A stretch of 62,917 nt of DNA, filler included, from Reticulomyxa filosa (taxonomy: Eukaryota > Protista > Foraminifera): NCBI GenBank assembly GCA_000512085.1. It is 17 parts of 17 records of this genome, joined end to end, with 100 filler letters (N's around TTAATTAATTAA, not from the genome) between each part and the next. Parts side by side here need not be neighbours in the genome. Positions count along the whole stretch, not along the records: positions 61,023 to 62,917 come from ASPP01025241.1; 16 more parts are not named here. One strand, 5' to 3'. Of this stretch, positions 61,023 through 62,917 are shown piece after piece. The notes under the pieces were generated by a model. The model did no database searches. It saw only the letters and a program-made list of their open reading frames with translations, and was not told the origin of the DNA. Position 1 is the stretch's first letter; the number at the start of each line of letters is the position of its first letter. Position numbers and translations under genes: made by a program.

Positions 61023-62917
61023 GACGACATGGAAAGCTTTGATCAGCCCGATGAGTTCGACGACGACGATGAACTCACAGAACGAAGCAAGTTCAATGCA
61101 GCCGCGCTTGGACGACAACGACGACGACGGCCCACTGAGAGAAAGCAGCGCCGAGGACCAGCCGCAGCACCCTTCCAGTCGCGCTATCACAGGAATAGAG
61201 CCCTCCATGGTGTGGCAACAGGTTGGTGAGAGAAAAAAAATCACACATCGAGGAGTTAACAAGAACAAGGGATAAAACAAGATTGAAACGGGGGATTATG
61301 TCGTTGATGACCAATTGGAAATGATTGAAAATCGAAAAGGTTTTTTTTTATAATTTTTTTTTTTAATGTATATGTATATATGTCTATATGTCTATAATAG
61401 GTGTGATCAAATATATTGGAAAAGTCCACTTTGCCAAAGATGTCAGATGCACCAAAGGACATAATGGGACAGTCGGCGAACAAGCTTATTTTGAGTACAA
61501 AAATAACCATGGCAAAAGAGACGATCATCAAGCGCTTGGAAAAAATCGGCACTGAAAATTCCTTCTTTGACATTGCTTAAAGATAAAAAAATAGGTATTT
61601 TTTTTAAAAAATTGGTAAATTCCCATCTACATCATCCATTTGAGAGGTTTGATAATGTTTTTCTTTGCTTGGCCGTGTCCATTGGACAAACACACTCACA
61701 CATGCAAATTAAAAGAAGGAGACATTGCAATGACTTGAAGAAAAACAAATAATAAAATAACAATTAACAAAGCTGAACAGGCGTTGTGAAATATATCGAC
61801 AAGACGCCAATGGTAAATACCATACTGGTCGGATTGGAGCTTGATGATACCATCGAACATGGCAGTGATGGACGCTTTGGGAGCGAAAAGTAGCGAAGCC
61901 GCGCAGCGAATTGGAAATCGAGGAAGAGGAAGAGCCTAGACCATTCCGGAAGACTTGGAAATGGAACCTCCAGTGGACCAATCCCAATAATGACCTCACG
62001 TCGAATGAAGGAAACTGGCGTTGATAAGGAACAGTGATTGAAAGGGATGGATGCATGGACAACGACAACGACAACGACCAAATGAAGACAATCGATGAAG
62101 ACGAGGAGGTTAACGATGACGTCCGTGATCCACAAAACAAGAAAGCTATCAACCGCACAAAAAAATGAGCTGTTGAAACGAATGATTGCCAGATTGCAAA
62201 TCAATGATCGAGTGGAATTGTTTGGAGGTCAGATGGGAGCCGCGTGCTATCTTGGAACGGTTGAAACCGATGAAAATGAAAACATTGGAATCGAGCCCGG
62301 ATGATGTCACGATCGGAGGCCAATGGCAGGTACAAATTCACCGCGAAGAAAGGACACAGTATATTCGTGACGACCAAGGCTATTTTCAAAGTATATCCAT
62401 ATACATTGATAAGTGTTCTATTTGGACAACCCGAACGGCAGCAATGAAGAGCTAGTAACTGTACAATACTTGGATCGCGTTTGCTTGCAAGGCGGAAGAA
62501 TCGGAGTTGTTCGATATGTGGGTCCGTTGGACGGCATGGGGGAGAGGAGAGGGATTCAACCAAGGAGTACATCAGGTTGGAACTGAACCAATTCAACCCC
62601 CTGGCGACGTCGGGCATATTCAAAGGAAAGGAGTATTTCACAGTCCATCCCAACAAAAGCGCATTCATTGACAAGTCGCAAATCGTTACCAACTTGGGGG
62701 AGGAGCTCCATTGCCATGGGCAATCCGTATAACGGCGAGTTGAAGTGCATCCAACAGAAAAAGTGATTGCTACAACCAGAGAACAATCCCCGAACATTTC
62801 ATCCGCATTTTTGGACAGTGAATCGATAATGGTGTGTTGTGAGCTTTCGTTTTCGGTTGGATCCGTCGAAAGTGCAAATCAAGCGCACTGCAAAAGGAGA
62901 TGAAGAACGAAAACGAA
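61023..62917 (+). pseudogene. Multi-CAP-Gly protein pseudogene (four degenerate CAP-Gly domains)
   Basis: VIKYIGKVHFAK..GHNGTVGEQAYF (about 61403); TGVVKYID..VGLELDD..GSDGRFGSEK* (about 61777); INDRVELFGGQMGAACYLG..IGIEPG* (about 62200); DRVCLQGGRIGVVRYVG, frameshift, YIRLEL..GIFKGKEYF (about 62473). Confidence 0.75.

Noticed and set aside
61780-62310. Stop-codon reassignment to explain in-frame TAG/TGA
   Set aside because: Intact genes in the window end in TAA or TGA (TAG predicted for the HSPA12-like gene) and have long stop-free frames; the stops co-occur with frameshifts, as expected for a pseudogene.
1-62917. tRNA or rRNA genes
   Set aside because: None recognised by eye; tRNAscan-SE and Infernal would be needed to exclude them.

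Overview
Eukaryotic, AT-rich, intron-containing DNA. The window is not one locus: it is 17 contig segments joined by 16 artificial 100-nt linkers (N44-TTAATTAATTAA-N44), so gene order across linkers means nothing. Gene-family content (NACHT-WD40, Kelch, CAP-Gly, poly-Asn tracts, short homopolymer-rich introns) suggests a protist draft assembly, possibly a foraminiferan such as Reticulomyxa (inference only). Recognisable genes: lipin/PAH1, a divergent histone H4, FAM221A, an HSPA12-type Hsp70, exocyst Sec6, a CAP-Gly-SAM protein, an S11-like ribosomal protein, ATP-dependent PEPCK, a Kelch fragment, a chalcone-isomerase-fold protein, a 4-domain voltage-gated cation channel fragment, NAD(P)HX epimerase, a HECT E3 ligase and a multi-CAP-Gly pseudogene. 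The best candidate for an undescribed system is an NLR-like STAND receptor (26.7-32.9 kb, minus strand). It carries a RelA/SpoT-type nucleotidyltransferase (alarmone-synthetase-like) effector domain N-terminal to NACHT, pentapeptide repeats and about 20 near-identical, hypervariable WD40 repeats. Also notable: a bacterial-effector-like CE-clan (Ulp1/deubiquitinase) protease ORF next to a transposon end, a Tc1/mariner family with long TIRs seen six times, and an H4 lacking K20. All calls come from motif recognition by eye; no searches were run, and exon boundaries are approximate.
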